A stretch of 64,000 bases of DNA from Methylobacterium sp. (GCF_019745455.1 NZ_JAIETD010000070.1:5517-69516), one strand, 5' to 3'; counted from the stretch's first letter, positions 20,080 to 30,348 are shown. The notes: generated by a model not told the origin, from the sequence alone. Numbers and translations are program-made.

Positions 20080-21017
20080 TAGCGGATCCTCGGATCGAAC
20101 AGGAGATAGGTCAGGTCGATGGCAAGGTTCACCAGCACGTAGAGCGCCGAGAAGAGCAGGATCACGCCCTGGATCACCGGGTAGTCGCGGGCAAGCACGG
20201 AATCCACGGTGAGGCGGCCGAGCCCGGGCAGGTTGAAGACGCTCTCGGTGACGACGACCCCGCTGATGAGGAGTGCGATGCCGAGGCCGATCACCGAGAT
20301 CACCGGCACGGCGGCGTTGCGCAGGGCATGGCGCCAGAGCACCTGCGTCTCGCCGATACCCTTTGCCCGAGCCGTGCGGATGTAGTCCTCGCCGAGCACT
20401 TCGAGCACGCTGGAGCGCGTGGTCCTGGCGATGAGCGCGATGTAGATCACCGACAGGGTCAGGGTCGGCAGGATGAGCCGCGACAGGAACGGCCAGAGCC
20501 CTTCCGTGATGCTGACATAGCCCTGCACCGGCAGGACCCGAAGCTGCATGGCGAAGCCGAAGATCAGGAGGTAGCCGAGCACGAAGACCGGCACCGAGAA
20601 GCCGAGCACCGAGATCGCCATCACCATGCGGTCGACCCAGGTGCCGTGCCACCAGGCGGCGAGCACGCCGAGGGGCACCGCGACCAGCACCGCGAAGAGG
20701 ATCGTGGTCGTCGCCAGGGCCAGCGTCGGCTCGATCCGGTCGAGGATGAGTTTCGCCACCGGCTGGTTCGAAATGATCGAGGAGCCGAGATCGCCTTGGG
20801 CGAGGCGTCCGATCCACGACAGGAACTGGGCGAGGATCGGCTGGTCGAGGCCGAGCCTCGCACGGATCTCCGCAATCTGCTCCGGGCTGGCCGCGTCGCC
20901 GGCCAGGATCGCGGCGGGATCGCCGGGTGCCAGGCGCAACAGCAGGAAGACGATCACCGCCACCACGCCCATCACCGGCAGGGTGGCGGCGAGCCGCCCG
21001 AGGATGAAACGGCCCAT
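20076..21017 (-). CDS. Peptide ABC transporter permease (DppB-like)
   Basis: APGDPA, GDLG, EDYIRTARAKG and RDYPVIQG motifs. Confidence 0.95.
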   Translation of the reverse strand: MGRFILGRLAATLPVMGVVAVIVFLLLRLAPGDPAAILAGDAASPEQIAEIRARLGLDQPILAQFLSWIGRLAQGDLGSSIISNQPVAKLILDRIEPTLALATTTILFAVLVAVPLGVLAAWWHGTWVDRMVMAISVLGFSVPVFVLGYLLIFGFAMQLRVLPVQGYVSITEGLWPFLSRLILPTLTLSVIYIALIARTTRSSVLEVLGEDYIRTARAKGIGETQVLWRHALRNAAVPVISVIGLGIALLISGVVVTESVFNLPGLGRLTVDSVLARDYPVIQGVILLFSALYVLVNLAIDLTYLLFDPRIRY

Positions 21018-21058
21018 TCAGATCTCCGAGCGGGAGTGGGCGATCGGGACCGCGCCCC

Positions 21059-22648
21059 TCACTTCTTGGCGATGTTCCAGAAGACGGGCGCCGGTGCCTC
21101 GAGGATGCCGGTCAGGCTTGAACGGGCTGCGAGGGGCATGACGAACTGTCCGGTGGGATAGTACATGCCGACCGCGTAGGCGCGCTGCTGCACCGCCTTG
21201 GCGATGGCGGCCTGCTTGGCCGGGTCAGTCTCGCGGGCGTAGGCGTCTCGCATCTCCTCGATGGCAGCATCCTCGGCCCAGCCGAAGAAACCGCCCTTCC
21301 TGCCACGGGCGTTGATCCCGACATTTCCGACAGGGTTGAGCATGTCGGCGTTCACCCAGAAGGTGTGGAACAAGTTCCATCCGCCCTGGTCGACGGGGTC
21401 CTGCTTGGCGCGCCGGCCGACCAGCGTCTGCCAGTCCATCGACTGCAGGTCGACGTTCATGCCGATCTTGCGCAAAGCCTGTGCCGTCACAGGCCCGAGC
21501 GGCACGACGATGGCGAGATCCGTCGGCTGCATGATGACGACGGGCCGGCCATCATAGCCGCCCTCCTTCAGAAGTTGCTTGGCCCGTGCCAGATCGGTCT
21601 TGGGAGCGCCGGCGTCGGTGGCGTTCGGCGTGTTGCACACGAACATCGCCGGACACGGCATCATGTAATCGGGGTCGCCGATCTGGGCGTCGAGATAATC
21701 CTGCTGGTTCACCGCCAGCAGGACGGCCTGCCGGATCTTCTCGTTATCGAAGGGCGGGTTCACCCAGTTCATCCGGAGCATGCCGGAGACGCCGAGGGTG
21801 TTGTAGTTGAAGATCTGGACTCCCGAAGCACCCTTGAGGATCGGCAGGAAATCGTGCGGCGGCTGCTCGAGATAGTCGATCTCGCCGTTGATCAGCGCAT
21901 TCACGGCGGTCTGGTAGTCGGGAATGTTGATCCACTCGACGCGGTCGACCTTCACGGTCTTGGCCCCAGCGGTCCAGCTCGGGGCTTCGCTGCGCGGCAC
22001 GTAGTCGGGGTTCTTCTCGTAGACGACCTTGAGCCCCGGCTGGAACTCGCCCTTCACGAACCGGAACGGACCCGAGCCGATCTCCTCGGGCACGTTCTTG
22101 TCGGCCGGCGTGTCGGCGATGCGCTTCGGCATGATGAAGGGCACGTTCGACGACGGCTTGCCGAGGGAGGCGAGGACGAGGCCGTAGGGCTGCTTCAGCT
22201 TGAGGGTGAAGGTCTTGTCGTCCACCGCGTCGAGGGAGGCGGTGTAGTCCATGAGCTTCTGGCCCATGCCGTCGCGCTTGCCCCAGCGCTGGATCGAGGA
22301 GATGCAATCGGCCGAGGTGACAGGGGCGCCGTCGTGGAACTTGAGTCCGTCGCGCAGGGTGAAGGTGTAGGTGAGCGCGTCCTGGCTGACGGTGTAGTCC
22401 TTCACCATCTGCGGCTGGACCTTGAAGTTCGCGTCCGTCGCAAACAGCGTGTCGTAGATCATGTAGCCGTGATTGCGCGCGATGTAGGCGGTGGTGATGA
22501 TCGGGTCGGTGATGCGCAGGCCCGAATGCATCACGGCGCGGATCGTGACGGGCTTGGACTGAGCCAGAGCGGGCCGTGGTTCGCTCACCGCAACCAACGC
22601 GGCGAGACCCAGCGCCAACCGCAAGCCGGACTTGATCGCTTCGTGCAT
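21059..22648 (-). CDS. Peptide ABC transporter substrate-binding protein (family 5)
   Basis: Signal peptide, IYDTLFA, LRDGLKFHDG and IGSGPF motifs. Confidence 0.93.
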   Translation of the reverse strand: MHEAIKSGLRLALGLAALVAVSEPRPALAQSKPVTIRAVMHSGLRITDPIITTAYIARNHGYMIYDTLFATDANFKVQPQMVKDYTVSQDALTYTFTLRDGLKFHDGAPVTSADCISSIQRWGKRDGMGQKLMDYTASLDAVDDKTFTLKLKQPYGLVLASLGKPSSNVPFIMPKRIADTPADKNVPEEIGSGPFRFVKGEFQPGLKVVYEKNPDYVPRSEAPSWTAGAKTVKVDRVEWINIPDYQTAVNALINGEIDYLEQPPHDFLPILKGASGVQIFNYNTLGVSGMLRMNWVNPPFDNEKIRQAVLLAVNQQDYLDAQIGDPDYMMPCPAMFVCNTPNATDAGAPKTDLARAKQLLKEGGYDGRPVVIMQPTDLAIVVPLGPVTAQALRKIGMNVDLQSMDWQTLVGRRAKQDPVDQGGWNLFHTFWVNADMLNPVGNVGINARGRKGGFFGWAEDAAIEEMRDAYARETDPAKQAAIAKAVQQRAYAVGMYYPTGQFVMPLAARSSLTGILEAPAPVFWNIAKK

Positions 22649-22710
22649 GAACCACTTCCCCAATGCCGCGCCGCAGCCGCGGTCACAAGATGTATGCATG
22701 AGGCGCGCCG

Positions 22711-23850
22711 TCAAGCTCCTTCAAGACGCGCCAGCAAACCTGCCAACAGGCGCGCGCGATGCGGCAGCGAGGCGGTGAGGACGTGCTCTTCCAGGGTATG
22801 GTAGCCGGAGCCGCAGGCGCCGAGGCCGTCGAGCGTCGGAATCCCCAGGGCGCCGCCGGTGAAGTTGCCGTCCGAGCCGCCGCCGAAGCTCTCGTGCGGT
22901 AGCGCCGAACCGAGGCTCCCGGCAATCTCCCGCGCCATCTCGTAGAGCGCCATGGTCCCGGCATCAGGCTCCCAGACCGGGCGGGTGACACCCTGCGTGA
23001 CCCTGAACGACACCCCGTCCGCCTCGCCGGACAATGCCAGCATCCGCTCGACCCCGAGGTCGAGGTCGGCCTGGCGCTTGGCCATGCTCAAGGCCTCGCC
23101 CCGGCAGGTGGTGGGAACGCAATTGACCCAGCGCCCGCCCGACACGATGCCGACGCTGAAGGTGCAGTCGGAATCGGACATCGCCTCGATGGCGATGATC
23201 TTCTGCGCCATGGCGCGGATGGCGGAGCGGCCCTCGCCCAGGCGCGCGCCGGCATGGCTCGGCCGGCCGGTCGCCTCCAAGTCGAAGCGGGCAATCGCGT
23301 AGCGGCCGGTGAGGACGCCGTCCTCGGGCTGGCCGGGCTCAGGGACGAGGACATAGCGATGGCGTGCAGCCTCCGCCTCGATCAGGTCGCGAGTGGAGGG
23401 GCTGCCGACCTCCTCGTCGCTGGTGAAGAGGAAGGTGACGGGAAGCGGCGTCGCCACCCCGGCCTCGCGCAACGCCCTAATGGCGGCCAGCGCCAGGTAG
23501 TTGCCGCCTTTCATGTCGAGGATGCCGGGACCGTAGCAGCGCTCGCCCTCGACGCGCCAGGGCAGCGCCGCGAGCGTGCCGACGGGATGAACGGTGTCGA
23601 GGTGGCCGAGCACCAGGATGCCGGGCTCGACCTGCCTGGGATGGGGGAAGCGAGCCCGCACGCAGTCGCCGAAGCCCATGCGGCCCGGGATCATCTCGAT
23701 GGCAGCGCCCGCAATGACGAGGTCGCGGGCGGCAAGCGCCATCATCCGGTTCACTGCGGGGGCATCGTGGGTGGGGCTCTCGCACTCGATCCAGGGCCGC
23801 AGCCCCGCGAGCATGGCCGAGAGGTCGAAGGGCAGGCCCGATGGATTCAT
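22711..23850 (-). CDS. M20/M25/M40 family metallopeptidase (carboxypeptidase G2-like)
   Basis: GHLDTVHP, GPGILDMKGG, SDEEVGS, GGGSDGN and DGLG motifs. Confidence 0.9.
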   Translation of the reverse strand: MNPSGLPFDLSAMLAGLRPWIECESPTHDAPAVNRMMALAARDLVIAGAAIEMIPGRMGFGDCVRARFPHPRQVEPGILVLGHLDTVHPVGTLAALPWRVEGERCYGPGILDMKGGNYLALAAIRALREAGVATPLPVTFLFTSDEEVGSPSTRDLIEAEAARHRYVLVPEPGQPEDGVLTGRYAIARFDLEATGRPSHAGARLGEGRSAIRAMAQKIIAIEAMSDSDCTFSVGIVSGGRWVNCVPTTCRGEALSMAKRQADLDLGVERMLALSGEADGVSFRVTQGVTRPVWEPDAGTMALYEMAREIAGSLGSALPHESFGGGSDGNFTGGALGIPTLDGLGACGSGYHTLEEHVLTASLPHRARLLAGLLARLEGA

Positions 23851-25319
23851 GAACGCTCCTCCTCGAACGGGTTCTCGACGCGCGGCCAGTAGGCGAGGTG
23901 CCGTTTCGTGTAGGGGATCGCGCCGTAATCGGGGGGGACTGCGCCGCCGGGCGCCGCCACGTAGCACACGGCGCTGGCGATGGGCGCGAAGGCGGCGTGG
24001 AAATGCTGCATCGACTTCACCACGACGAGGCGCTTGTCGTCCAGGTTTAGCCCGAGGCCGGTGAAGGCGTCGGGCGCGAAGGGCTGCTGGCGCCGGGAGG
24101 TGAGGACGATGTGGATGCCGTCCGCCTCGACCCAGGCGCTGGCCCCGAGTTGTGCCCGGCCGCCGCTGAGGCCGCCCTGGCTATGGCTTTCGGCAAGCCC
24201 GCGAACGGTGATGCGCAGATCGACGGGATCGCCCGAACTCGTGCCGCACTTGCCGCCGATGCGCAGGTCGAATGTGGCGCCGATCCCGGCCTCGTGGCAG
24301 ATGCCGACGGCGCCGGGATCCCAGTACAGGCCGGTGGCGACGTCTTTGATGCCGCGAGCGACGAGGCGCGCCAGGATCGCGGTGTTGTCCGAGGGTGCGC
24401 CGGCGCCGGCGTTGTCGGCGATGTCGGCCAGCACCATCGGGCGCGGATCGGCGGAGGCGAGCGCCGCATCGATGGCGTCGTCGATCGTCTCGTGTCGGGT
24501 GGCGGCCGCCTCGCGCATGGCCCAGACCTCCCCGGCGAGGGTCTCGGCCAGCACCGCGGCCTTGGCGGCGTCTCCATCGGCCACCACCAGCATCCGAGCG
24601 CCGACATCGGCGACGTCGGCCCAAGGGAAGCCGTGTCCGAACGACACCGAGAGGATGCCGCCCTGTCCCTCCAGCGTCTGCATCCGGCGCACGAACCCTG
24701 AGACCGGCTCCGCGGTGGTGCGCCACATGCTGACCATCCGGCAATCGTGGATCGCCATGACCGGCCGGATCGCGCCCTCCGCCGCGGCGATGATCAACGG
24801 GTAGAGATCGCGGGCGCGGTCCACGATGTCGGTATGGGGATATTCCTTGTAGATCACCATCACGTCCGCGGCCGCGCGCATCGCCTCGGTGAGATGGCAA
24901 TGGAGATCGAGCTCCACGCCGATCGCCGTCTCGGGTCCGACCAGGGCGCGGACGCGGGCGAGCGTGTCGCCCTCGCAATCGTCGTAGCCTTCCGCCACCA
25001 TGGCGCCGTGCATGAACAGCAGCACGGCATCCACCGGCACCGCCGCCGCGAGGTCCGCCAGCAGCAGGTCGCGCAGCTCCTCGTAGACCGCCCGCAGGGT
25101 GATCCCGCCGGGCTGGGCGAAAGTCGAGAGGCTTTCCACCACCTCGTGTCCGTCGGACTGAGCCATCTCGCGCCAGGCGGCGAGCCCGATATTGCTCATG
25201 CTCGGCGGTCCCAGGCTCCCATCGCGACGAGCATAGTCGGCGAGGAAGGCCTTCCGGCCCGTGGGCAAGGGCGCGAACGTGTTGGTCTCTGTGGCGAGAC
25301 CCGCCAGGAAGATTTTCAC
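23847..25319 (-). CDS. M81 family metallopeptidase (MlrC-like)
   Basis: ETNTFAP, HGAMVAEG, ELDLHCH, KEYPHTD, DNAGAG and VVVKS motifs. GTG start inferred. Confidence 0.9.
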   Translation of the reverse strand: MKIFLAGLATETNTFAPLPTGRKAFLADYARRDGSLGPPSMSNIGLAAWREMAQSDGHEVVESLSTFAQPGGITLRAVYEELRDLLLADLAAAVPVDAVLLFMHGAMVAEGYDDCEGDTLARVRALVGPETAIGVELDLHCHLTEAMRAAADVMVIYKEYPHTDIVDRARDLYPLIIAAAEGAIRPVMAIHDCRMVSMWRTTAEPVSGFVRRMQTLEGQGGILSVSFGHGFPWADVADVGARMLVVADGDAAKAAVLAETLAGEVWAMREAAATRHETIDDAIDAALASADPRPMVLADIADNAGAGAPSDNTAILARLVARGIKDVATGLYWDPGAVGICHEAGIGATFDLRIGGKCGTSSGDPVDLRITVRGLAESHSQGGLSGGRAQLGASAWVEADGIHIVLTSRRQQPFAPDAFTGLGLNLDDKRLVVVKSMQHFHAAFAPIASAVCYVAAPGGAVPPDYGAIPYTKRHLAYWPRVENPFEEERS

Positions 25320-25603
25320 TGAGGAACGCGTCTCCTTGGCTGTCCCTTCGGCCGGATACGACTCAATCGTCGCGAGCGCTTTGAGCGGCTCTGCCGATGC
25401 CCGACCTGGATCATGAAGCCGGATCGAGCGACCAAGCAAGCGCCAAGGCGGATCGAAGTTTTGCCTATCGGGGGTGCGGTGCTCCCGGGCGTCATGGTCA
25501 ATATGCAGCATGTCACGGTCCTCGCCAGCCCCTTGCAGCCTCAGCGGCCACGCTTCAAAATGGCGGAACGCCCCTTCCTTGGCGGATGGTGGGACCGACT
25601 GGA

Positions 25604-26749
25604 ATGACCGACATGCCGCCGGCCCTGGCGTTTCGGCTTCGCCAGCAGGCGCTTCTCTCCGATTTCGGCGTCGAGGCCCTGCGCGCGAGCGAGCTTCTGC
25701 CCCTGCTCCAGAGAGCGACCGAGCTGTGCGCCGAGGGCATGGAGGTCCAGTTCTGCAAAGCGCTTGAGTACAAGCCGGACCAGGACATGTTCGTGGTCTG
25801 CGCGGGGGTCGGCTGGGGCGAGGATGTCGTCGGCAAGGCCATCATCGGGGCCGACCTCGCATCCCCGGCCGGATATGCCCTGAAGACGGGCAAGGCCGTC
25901 ATTTCGAACCATCTCCAGAACGAGAGCCGGTTCCGGACTCCGCAGCTGATGGCCAAGCGTGGCATCAAGCGGGCGATCAATGTTGTGATCGCCAATCGCG
26001 ACGGCCATTACGGCGTGCTGGAGATCGACGACACAAGCGAGGGCGCCTTCGAGGAGGCGGACATCGCGTTCATGCAGGGTCTCGCCAACCTCGTCGGCGG
26101 TGCCATCGAGCGTCAGCGCAGCGAAGCGCGCTTAAAGGCGGCTCTGGACCGCCAAGACCTGTTGTCTCGCGAGATGAGCCACCGGGTGAAGAACAGCCTC
26201 GCCGTGGTGGCCGGCTTCCTCGGCCTGCAAGCGCGGGCCTCCGACAACGCGGAGGTGAAGCGGGCGCTCGCCGACGCACGCACCCGCGTCGAGGCGGTTG
26301 CGGCGGTCCACGACCAGCTCTGGCGTCAGCCGAGCCTCGAGGCGATCGACGTGGCGGACTTCCTCGTCTCCCTCTGCGCCAAGCTCCAGGAGAATGCCCC
26401 GCGCCATCCTATCCGATGCCGGGCCGCCCCCGTGACGGTGCCGGCCGACCTCGCGATCCCACTCGGTCTCTTCGTCAGCGAGCTCGTGACGAATTCCATC
26501 AAGTACGCCTACGCCGACGGCCAGGGCGAGATCCGCGTGACGGCCGTAGCGGATGAGGGCGGCCTCATGCTCGGGGTTGCAGATGACGGGGTCGGCCTTC
26601 CGGCGGGGCTCGACATCTCGGCCCCACGAAGCGCCAGCCTCGGCATGCGGATCGTCCATAGCCTGGCGAACCAGCTCGGCGGTCCGCTCAGCGTCGCGCC
26701 CGAAGTTCAGGGCGCGCATTTCTCATTGCCCGTGCTCGTGGCGCGGTAG
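25604..26749 (+). CDS. GAF-domain sensor histidine kinase (HisKA_2 type)
   Basis: GAF region, H-box SHRVKNSL, ELVTNSIKYA, DDGVG and SLGMRIV. Confidence 0.9.
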   Translation: MTDMPPALAFRLRQQALLSDFGVEALRASELLPLLQRATELCAEGMEVQFCKALEYKPDQDMFVVCAGVGWGEDVVGKAIIGADLASPAGYALKTGKAVISNHLQNESRFRTPQLMAKRGIKRAINVVIANRDGHYGVLEIDDTSEGAFEEADIAFMQGLANLVGGAIERQRSEARLKAALDRQDLLSREMSHRVKNSLAVVAGFLGLQARASDNAEVKRALADARTRVEAVAAVHDQLWRQPSLEAIDVADFLVSLCAKLQENAPRHPIRCRAAPVTVPADLAIPLGLFVSELVTNSIKYAYADGQGEIRVTAVADEGGLMLGVADDGVGLPAGLDISAPRSASLGMRIVHSLANQLGGPLSVAPEVQGAHFSLPVLVAR

Positions 26750-26774
26750 CAAGGTTCGGGGCGCCTGGGAGCGC

Positions 26775-28304
26775 TCAGACCAGTCCGAGCTTCTCCGCCA
26801 GCCCGATCCTCTGGAGCTTTCCCGTCGCGCCCTTCGGGATCTCGTCGAGGAACATGATCGTGGACGGAACCTTGAACGGCGCGAGGCGCTCGGAGGCGAA
26901 GCTGCGCAGGTCCTTCTCGGAGAGATGCTCACCCTCGCGCAGCACGATCGCGGCGGCGACGTCCTCGCCGAGTTTGTCGTGCGGCATGGCGAAGGTCACG
27001 CATTGCGACACTGACGGATGGTCCATGAGGATCTCGTCGACCTCGCGCGGCGAGATCTTCTCGCCGCCGCGGTTGATGATCTCCTTCAGACGTCCCGTGA
27101 TGGTGAGGTAGCCCTCCGGCGAGAGCGTGCCCTGGTCGCCGGTGCGGAACCAGCCCTGCGGGGTGAAGGCGTCGGCATTGGCCTTCTCGTTGTTCTCGTA
27201 GCCGGCCATGACGTTGTTGCCGCGGATCACGATCTCGCCGGTCTCGCCCACCGGCAGCGGCTCGCCGTCGTGATCGACGATGGCGATCTCCGGGCCCGCG
27301 GCGATGCCGACGATACCCGGGTAATGGGGCTTCGGCGGCAGCGGGTTCGAGGCCATCTGGTGCGCCGCCTCGGTCATGCCGTAGGCCTCGATCAAGGGTG
27401 CGCCGAAGGTCTCCTCGATCTCCTTCATCACCTGCGGCGGCATCGAGGACGAGGACGAGCGGATGAACCGCAGCGGGTTGGCCTCGATTGTCTCCCGGTT
27501 GCGAGAGGCGCGGCCGAGGATCGCCTGATGCATGGTCGGCACAGCGGTGTACCAGGTCGGGCGCGCCTCGCTCATCCATCCGAAGAACTTCAGGGCATTG
27601 AAGCCGGGCGTGCAGCAGACCTGTCCGCCTGCCGAGAGCGGCGCCAGGATGCCGGCGATGAGTCCATGGATATGGAACAGCGGCATGATGTTGACGCCGC
27701 GATCCTGTGCCGTGAAGGCGAGCGCGGTGCGGATGTTGCGCGCGGAGGCGCAGACGTTCCGCTGCGAGAGAGGCACGATCTTGGGACGCGAGGTCGTACC
27801 CGAGGTGTGGAGTACGAGAGCGATGTCGCCGGGCTCGGCATAGCCGCCGTTCTCAGGCGTGCCGCCCTCGATCGGGAAGGACAGGGTGAAGCTGCCCGCG
27901 CCTTCCGTCGGGGTCGGGGTCAGCCGGACCACGGCGACGCCGAGGGATTCGGCGACGCGGATCGCCGGCGATTGCGATCCCTCGGCCACCACCAGCACCT
28001 TGGCGCCGAGATCGTTGAGGTAGAACGTGAATTCGTCCGACTTGTAGGCCGGATTCAGAGGTGCCGAGGTGGTGCCGGCGGCCACCGCCATGAAGGCGGC
28101 AGCCATCTCGGGGCCGTTGTCGAGGACGATCGCGACCCGGTCGCCGCGGCCGATTCCATGGGCGTTGAAATCCCGAACCGTACGTTCGGCCAGGGCCCGC
28201 AGGCCGGCGAAGGTCAGCGGCACACCGCCGGGGCTCGACAGGGCGGTCGCCTCGTCGGCGCCCGCCTGGATCAGCGCATGGAGGGTAGTGGCGGTCTCGG
28301 CCAT
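26775..28304 (-). CDS. oxs: Acyl-CoA synthetase, probable oxalate-CoA ligase (oxalyl-CoA synthetase)
   Basis: AMP-binding motif LHTSGTTSRPK, EAYGMTEAAHQ, resemblance to the AAE3/PCS60 type, adjacency to a PanE2-like gene as recalled for M. extorquens. Confidence 0.75.
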   Translation of the reverse strand: MAETATTLHALIQAGADEATALSSPGGVPLTFAGLRALAERTVRDFNAHGIGRGDRVAIVLDNGPEMAAAFMAVAAGTTSAPLNPAYKSDEFTFYLNDLGAKVLVVAEGSQSPAIRVAESLGVAVVRLTPTPTEGAGSFTLSFPIEGGTPENGGYAEPGDIALVLHTSGTTSRPKIVPLSQRNVCASARNIRTALAFTAQDRGVNIMPLFHIHGLIAGILAPLSAGGQVCCTPGFNALKFFGWMSEARPTWYTAVPTMHQAILGRASRNRETIEANPLRFIRSSSSSMPPQVMKEIEETFGAPLIEAYGMTEAAHQMASNPLPPKPHYPGIVGIAAGPEIAIVDHDGEPLPVGETGEIVIRGNNVMAGYENNEKANADAFTPQGWFRTGDQGTLSPEGYLTITGRLKEIINRGGEKISPREVDEILMDHPSVSQCVTFAMPHDKLGEDVAAAIVLREGEHLSEKDLRSFASERLAPFKVPSTIMFLDEIPKGATGKLQRIGLAEKLGLV

Positions 28305-28334
28305 GGGTTCGGGTGTCCTTGCGAAATCTGTCTG

Positions 28335-29345
28335 TCAGGCGGCGGTGATGGCGAGGCGCCCGCCAGCCCGTTCGAGGCTCTGCGAGAGGAGCCGCATCAG
28401 CGCGTAGACGGTGCCGATATGCGGAGTCGGGGTGTCGGTGAGACGTCCCAGCTCGATGATCGAGCCGACGAGGGCTTCGAGCTCGATCGGCCGGCCGGCC
28501 TCGACGTCCTGCAGCATCGACGTCTTGTGGGCGCCGACCTTCTCGGCGCCGGCAATGCGCTTCTCGATGCCGAGCTTGAACGTCACGCCGAGCTTGTTGG
28601 CGATGGTTTCGGCCTCCCGCATCATGTCGGCTGCCAGGGCTCGCGTCTCAGGGAACTGGCAGATGTCGACGAGGGTGGCGTGGGCGAGCGCCGAGATCGG
28701 ATTGAAGCTGAGGTTGCCCCAGAGCTTGAGCCAGATCTCCGCCCGGATGTCGCTCGTCACCGGCGCGCGGAAACCGGCCTTGATCAGGCGTTGCGCCAGA
28801 GCCTGGACCCGAGGGCTCATCGACCCGTCGAGTTCGCCAAGGCCGAAGCGGTGCCCCTCGATGACCTGCACCACACCGGGCTCGGTCAGCACGGCCGCCG
28901 GATAGACCACGGAGCCGATCACGTGTTTGGCGTCGAGGTGCCTGGCGATGAGGCCGCCGGGATCGGCGGTCTCGAGGTGGGTGCCGGCAAGATCGCCGCC
29001 ATGGCCACCGGAGAAGTACCACCACGGAATTCCGTTCTGCATCGTCACCACGACGGTGTCGGGGCCGATGAGGTGATGCAGGTCGGCCGCGATGGGGCCG
29101 ACCTGGTGCGCCTTGACGGTGAGCAGAACGACCTCGTGCGGCCCCGCCTCCTCCATCGATTGCGTGGCCTTCAGATTGGTCGCGTGAATCTCGGAGCCGT
29201 TCTCCTCGATCAGCCGCATGCCGTCCGCCTTGATGGCCGCGAGGTTGGCACCGCGAGCAATGACGGTGACTGCCTCGCCGACATTGGCGAGACGTACCCC
29301 GAGGAATCCGCCGATGGCGCCGGCGCCGACGATGGCGATACTCAT
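28335..29345 (-). CDS. panE2: Ketopantoate-reductase-family protein, probable oxalyl-CoA reductase
   Basis: IVGAGAIGG Rossmann motif, QNGIPWW, WLKLWGN and KTSMLQDVEAGR, directly upstream of the oxalate-CoA ligase. Confidence 0.75.
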   Translation of the reverse strand: MSIAIVGAGAIGGFLGVRLANVGEAVTVIARGANLAAIKADGMRLIEENGSEIHATNLKATQSMEEAGPHEVVLLTVKAHQVGPIAADLHHLIGPDTVVVTMQNGIPWWYFSGGHGGDLAGTHLETADPGGLIARHLDAKHVIGSVVYPAAVLTEPGVVQVIEGHRFGLGELDGSMSPRVQALAQRLIKAGFRAPVTSDIRAEIWLKLWGNLSFNPISALAHATLVDICQFPETRALAADMMREAETIANKLGVTFKLGIEKRIAGAEKVGAHKTSMLQDVEAGRPIELEALVGSIIELGRLTDTPTPHIGTVYALMRLLSQSLERAGGRLAITAA

Positions 29346-29391
29346 GCTGCTGTCCTTGACTGTCCTGATGTCCGGCGGTCCGAAACGTTCG

Positions 29392-30156
29392 TCATGCGAA
29401 CCGGTTCGCCAAAACGCCGATGCCCTCGATCTCGACCTCCACGGTCGCTCCTTTCGGGATCGGGCCGGCGCCATTCGATGTGCCGCAGGCGACGAGGTCG
29501 CCGGGTTCGAGGGTCATGCCCTGCGAAACCATCGCAACGACCTCGGCTGGCTTGAAGATCATGTCGGCGAGTGGATAGCTCTGGCGCTCGCGCCCGTTCA
29601 CCCGAACCCGGACGGTGAGAGCGTCGGAGTCGAGCTCCGTGGCGATGACCGGGCCGAATGGCCCGAAACCGTCGAGCCCCTTCGACCGGGTCCACTGCGC
29701 GAAGCTCTGGTCCGCCTTGAGGATGTCGAGAGCGGTGACGTCGTTCAGGCAGGTGTAGCCGAAGATGTGGCTGGCCGCGGTCTCCGCCGTCAGGTCTCGT
29801 CCGGCTTTGCCGACGACGATGCCGAGTTCGCCTTCGAACAGGAGCCGCCCGACGCCGTCCGGAATGACAACGTCCTGGCCGCTCGCCCGGTAGGTGTTGG
29901 GCGGCTTGATGAAGAACAGCGGCGACTGTGGTCGATCGAGCCCCTGCTTCTCCGCCATGGCATGGAAGTTGTTCCAGAGGGCGATGAGCTTCGATGGACG
30001 GCAGGGGAGGTCCAGCGTCACCGCGTCGAGGGGGATCGTTTGTCCGGAGGATACGGGCTCGCCGAACATGTTGCCCTCGAACACCGTGATGCTCTGACCG
30101 TCGAGCTGACCGAAGCCGCTCTCGCCATCGTGTTGATACCGAAGCCACCGCACCAT
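29392..30156 (-). CDS. Fumarylacetoacetate hydrolase family protein
   Basis: FFIKP, EGELGIVVG, YTCLNDVTA, KGLDGFGPFGP and LEPGDLVACGT. Confidence 0.92.
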   Translation of the reverse strand: MVRWLRYQHDGESGFGQLDGQSITVFEGNMFGEPVSSGQTIPLDAVTLDLPCRPSKLIALWNNFHAMAEKQGLDRPQSPLFFIKPPNTYRASGQDVVIPDGVGRLLFEGELGIVVGKAGRDLTAETAASHIFGYTCLNDVTALDILKADQSFAQWTRSKGLDGFGPFGPVIATELDSDALTVRVRVNGRERQSYPLADMIFKPAEVVAMVSQGMTLEPGDLVACGTSNGAGPIPKGATVEVEIEGIGVLANRFA

Positions 30157-30308
30157 GGGATCAGGCGCTCCGCAGCGTCGAAACGCGGCCACGTGCGACG
30201 CGCAGGTGCACGCTTCGCGTGATCATGTGTCGTTCTATCCGGTCGAGAGCTTCGGTCATCGAGCGGTTCTAAAGGTGAAGCCGTTGAATTCAAGAAGGTC
30301 GAGCGATT

Positions 30309-30348
30309 TGGTATACCTTTAGACCACGAAAAAATTTGGACCGTCCAA
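30309..30348. promoter_or_regulatory. Two palindromic operator-like sites upstream of the oxalate operon
   Basis: GGTATACC (30310-30317) and TTGGAC-C-GTCCAA (30336-30348) in an AT-rich intergenic region. Resembles GntR/FadR-type operators. Confidence 0.35.

Noticed and set aside
23847-25319. Microcystin degradation pathway suggested by the MlrC-like gene
   Set aside because: M81 peptidases are widespread, and mlrA and mlrB are absent from the window.
25565-25590. GGAAC upstream of the histidine kinase
   Set aside because: No CGTT/GTT at 16-17 nt spacing.
27018-29555. 845-aa plus-strand ORF, and similar long ORFs at 46336-48948, 36150-38144, 5966-7921 and 8576-10255
   Set aside because: Antisense shadows of well-supported genes, a common artefact of high-GC codon usage.
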